Source of the DNA: Bugula neritina
Taxonomy: Eukaryota; Animalia; Bryozoa
Direction: 5' to 3'
DNA length: 64,000 nucleotides
Assembly (NCBI GenBank): GCA_964035545.1
Contig: OZ037769.1
Coordinates: 11,562,633-11,626,632 of the forward strand
Below the pieces are notes generated by a model. That model did not search any database. It was not told where the DNA came from and saw only the letters and a list, made by a program, of their open reading frames with translations. A program made the translations under genes and the position numbers. Of this stretch, positions 62,101 through 64,000 are shown one piece after another. The stretch's first letter is position 1. The number at the start of each line of letters is the position of its first letter.

Positions 62101-64000
62101 TCTATCGCAGAGTGTGAGTAGAGTAGCGATTGATAATTTTAAACAAATTCTTATAGTTGATATTACTATATTGTATTAGTATTAGAAACACAGATAGTTT
62201 TTTGCATATCACTTCTTCTGTACATCTTTGAATGTGCATTTCACAATATAATGAATATTATGCATTCCATAATGGATGAAAAAAAAAATATCTACTAAAA
62301 ATGAGCATTTGTTTCACAGCTGGAAAAGATATTGATGACAAAAGCATAGGCCCAGTACCTGATGCTCTACTAGCTCAAAAAGAGGATGGGAAAACAGGGT
62401 CACCCCTTCCTGTTAGAATTCCAGGAGATAAAGATGCTGAGGCTATGACCAGACTGAACTATGATGATCTGCTAGTAGTGAAAGCTAGCATGGAGTGTGA
62501 GTCTACTCAGTTGTGTTGTATTTCTGTATGCATCTTCACTGAACTATATTTACTTACTGAACAATAGACCTCATGGAGGGTAAAGAGGTGTACTGGGGAA
62601 TGCTACAGATTTTTAGCAGGGGTGCTGTGCTGTGCTGTGCTGTGCTAATCAGAATAAAAATGACAGTTTTTACTTATCTTAAGCATTAAAAGGGTCCTTG
62701 AAAAATGGGCAAAGGGCCACAAGTAGTGAATAGTAGACCACATGGAGGGTCAATAAGTGTACTGGGAATGTTATAGCTCTGTAGTATGTATCCACTGCTT
62801 TCAACACTATACTGATTGTTAATATAATAACCTGGCCAGGTTCCATATTCTCATCACAATGTGTCCCAATTTAATCTCTGTTTCAGTATTTCTATATAAA
62901 TATTAACTATTGTAGCATTTACATCAAAGATACATCCTGTGTATGGGTCGCTAATGGTTAGAGCTCTTGTTTCTTCAATGTATAGACATGCCGGTCACCA
63001 TGATCTCTTCACCATATTCAAACAAGTAAGTTTACCAGTTTAGTTTCTGTAATACAGACTCAATTACCCTAGAAACAACAGTTGCAAAGTAACATTGTGA
63101 AACCACATTGCATCTCTAGCAATGCTGAAAGACATTCACTGGTTCCAAGCTTCGAATAAATGATTTTTCATTCGATGTTTAGAAACAGTTGCATTCAATG
63201 AAACCACATAACTACAATCATAGGTTCATGCTAACCGCAACCACAAACTCAGCCTTATGAACCTCCATTCCCATCGTCCAAAGTCATGGTAACTCGGCAA
63301 ACCCAATGTTTTTAATGGCTAACTAAATTTCTCCCAGTATAGTTACAGCAGCCATCACAATGCAACAAGCAAATACTTGTAAGCAAAGATTAACATGTCA
63401 ATAGGTGGGCTGGTCTCATAATGTGTTGGAAAAGAATTATTCCAGATCACTTAAAGAAGAAATGCTTAAAAGTTTAGTCCTTACTATCAGCATGTTGTTT
63501 TTATCATGTAGCTGAGAATAGGATTCTTTTTCACTCTCAATTTTGTCAAATTAAGCGGAATTATTTATTTTCTGTTCTCAAAAGACTATAAACCTTCAAA
63601 ACTATGCAACAGTTTGCTGCCCAGTTGATGTGAATTGACTCAAATCATTTTCTGTTGCAATATTTTGCTCGATTACTTTATGATTTTTACCCAACTTTGA
63701 TGTACTTTTAGTATGAATAGTTAACTCTGCTTGCTCCATTCTACTGCTAGATAGCTTTTATTTTAATAGAGAGGTAGTTCTCCCCTGAAAGCTATAATCT
63801 GCAACAGCAACAAGGCTTATAGTAGCACTCATATATTCCACTATGACATCATCCTTCTGTCTGAGTCTCAGAAGTTAGAATTCTGGGATATCTGACTCAT
63901 GTCACATGACTCGTAGTCACATGAGTTCAAGTCATAAACCTTTTTCTTAGAAATGTAAATTGTTGAAACTTACAGTTAATTATGATTATGTTTAGGTACA
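47184..64000 (+). CDS. LRR-ROC-COR-caspase fusion gene, copy 2 (last exon starts at 63996 and runs off the window)
   Basis: Exons 47184-47193, 49732-49966, 50136-50279, 50457-50600, [51537-51792 fused, out of frame], 52393-52536, 52722-52865, 57526-59537, 59999-60091, 60408-60598, 60705-60875, 61079-61301, 61542-61718, 61937-62113, 62320-62496, 62916-63025, 63996-. Open throughout if the fused exon is skipped. Confidence 0.87.
47512..49679 (+). mobile_element. Internally deleted Gypsy LTR retrotransposon D (different clade) in the first coding intron of copy 2
   Basis: Apparently identical 196-bp LTRs at 47512-47707 and 49484-49679, 5-bp TSD ACTAT, PPT AGTGGGGAGA. Absent from copy 1. Confidence 0.92.
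47796..49394 (+). CDS. pol: Gypsy D truncated pol: RNase H C-terminus + integrase
   Basis: TDHRPL, NADALSRLP, HLGHFG...CSSC zinc finger, DDE core (IHIDHA, SDNA, AERLV). Confidence 0.9.
   Translation: MFALKKFHQYLYGRRFILVTDHRPLLALFGPTKETPALAANRLARWALQLSQYDYSIEYRTTSKHGNADALSRLPVGPDFKFDEEEDGNDMDTICTIRLISQQLKPTDPGVLLKETLKDPVLSTVIRYTREGWPKTLEETNTEDEDQTHSAAYNIQCFKKVSGSLSISDGCLLYGSRVVIPLTLQPQVLQILHLGHFGMQRMKQLARSAVYWPRIDADIMDACKQCSSCAEHQNQPAKAPLHPWMIPEKPWSRIHIDHAINFLGSNWLVIVDAYSKYPCIHPTTSTSSKRTTELLEQDFAHFGYPHTIVSDNASTFKSDEFQSWCRDRGIVHLSGAPYHPATNGAAERLVQSFKQALRKSNLPPNLALTEFLMHYRRTPLIGGYSPSELLNGRQIRCKIDVLLPSPAHQAQGRQSKEVEKSTDQKSTVSKVHTYTVGSPCYALYCGPRRDREPRWVPAIVTKVLGPRSINVKVTPRGPIWRRHIEQLLPRYGVEEDSEPADDVKFEVQMADVSNDDSTANQIPQPWRNPDYP
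50136..52865 (+). CDS. Copy 2 LRR exon array: four intact 144-nt exons plus one 256-nt fusion of two exons
   Basis: 50136-50279, 50457-50600, 52393-52536 and 52722-52865 are intact. 51537-51792 is chimeric, with TGA at 51670-51672. Confidence 0.88.
50876..51212 (+). mobile_element. Solo LTR related to the Gypsy B LTR
   Basis: TG...CA termini and TSD ACTC. Shares GTAATTGACCCGGAACAATGG and CTCGACTTATCCTGGTG with the reverse complement of 23407-23711. The empty site is visible at ~52042. Confidence 0.85.
53419..57410. mobile_element. ~4-kb composite insertion in the intron before the ROC exon of copy 2
   Basis: Absent from copy 1 (homologous site about 7255-7270). Ends TAGACGGTTTTC ... GAAAAGGGTCT; the right end resembles the 2213-2640 MITE TIR. 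Contains nested elements. Confidence 0.55.
53868..54835. mobile_element. MULE/Rehavkus-like non-autonomous element with subterminal 16-bp tandem arrays
   Basis: 9-bp TSD TTTTCAATT (53859-53867, 54836-54844) and GG...CC ends. About 7 x CCGAAGGCCCATTAGT at the left, with the inverted array at 54719-54824. Confidence 0.75.
57526..59537 (+). CDS. Copy 2 large exon: last LRRs + ROC GTPase + COR
   Basis: ORF 57596..59560, collinear with and highly similar to 8513..10474. GNTMAGKTS, DMGGQ, THRD and YMHDCGKILWY are intact. Confidence 0.92.
60705..63025 (+). CDS. Copy 2 caspase domain exons (p20: 60705-60875, 61079-61301; linker triplet: 61542-61718, 61937-62113, 62320-62496; p10: 62916-63025)
   Basis: Same motifs as copy 1: RGRALIINN, THG, ETCSG, DLLV, YGSLMVRAL. 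Confidence 0.9.

Overview
AT-rich eukaryotic genomic DNA, most likely from an invertebrate animal, with GT-AG spliceosomal introns. The window holds two tandem + strand paralogs (about 1.7-22.5 kb and about 45.7 kb to beyond the window end) of a multi-exon gene that the ORF track shows only in pieces. Joining exons by splice phase gives one protein of about 1,300-1,430 aa: short N-terminal domain, variable array of 144-nt LRR exons, ROC GTPase-COR (Roco) module, acidic linker, and a complete caspase (p20, three tandem interchangeable linker exons, p10). The caspase keeps the catalytic His/Cys but has a rewired S1 pocket (ETCSG instead of QACRG; p10 Arg replaced by Ile). It looks like a single-chain LRR sensor / GTPase switch / protease effector receptor in a rapidly evolving cluster. 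Each copy carries one apparent lesion: a +1 T just before the caspase in copy 1, and a fused out-of-frame LRR exon in copy 2. The rest is transposon-rich: four Ty3/Gypsy elements (two with a shared extra double zinc-finger ORF after pol), solo LTRs, a pogo-like element, several MITEs and microsatellites.
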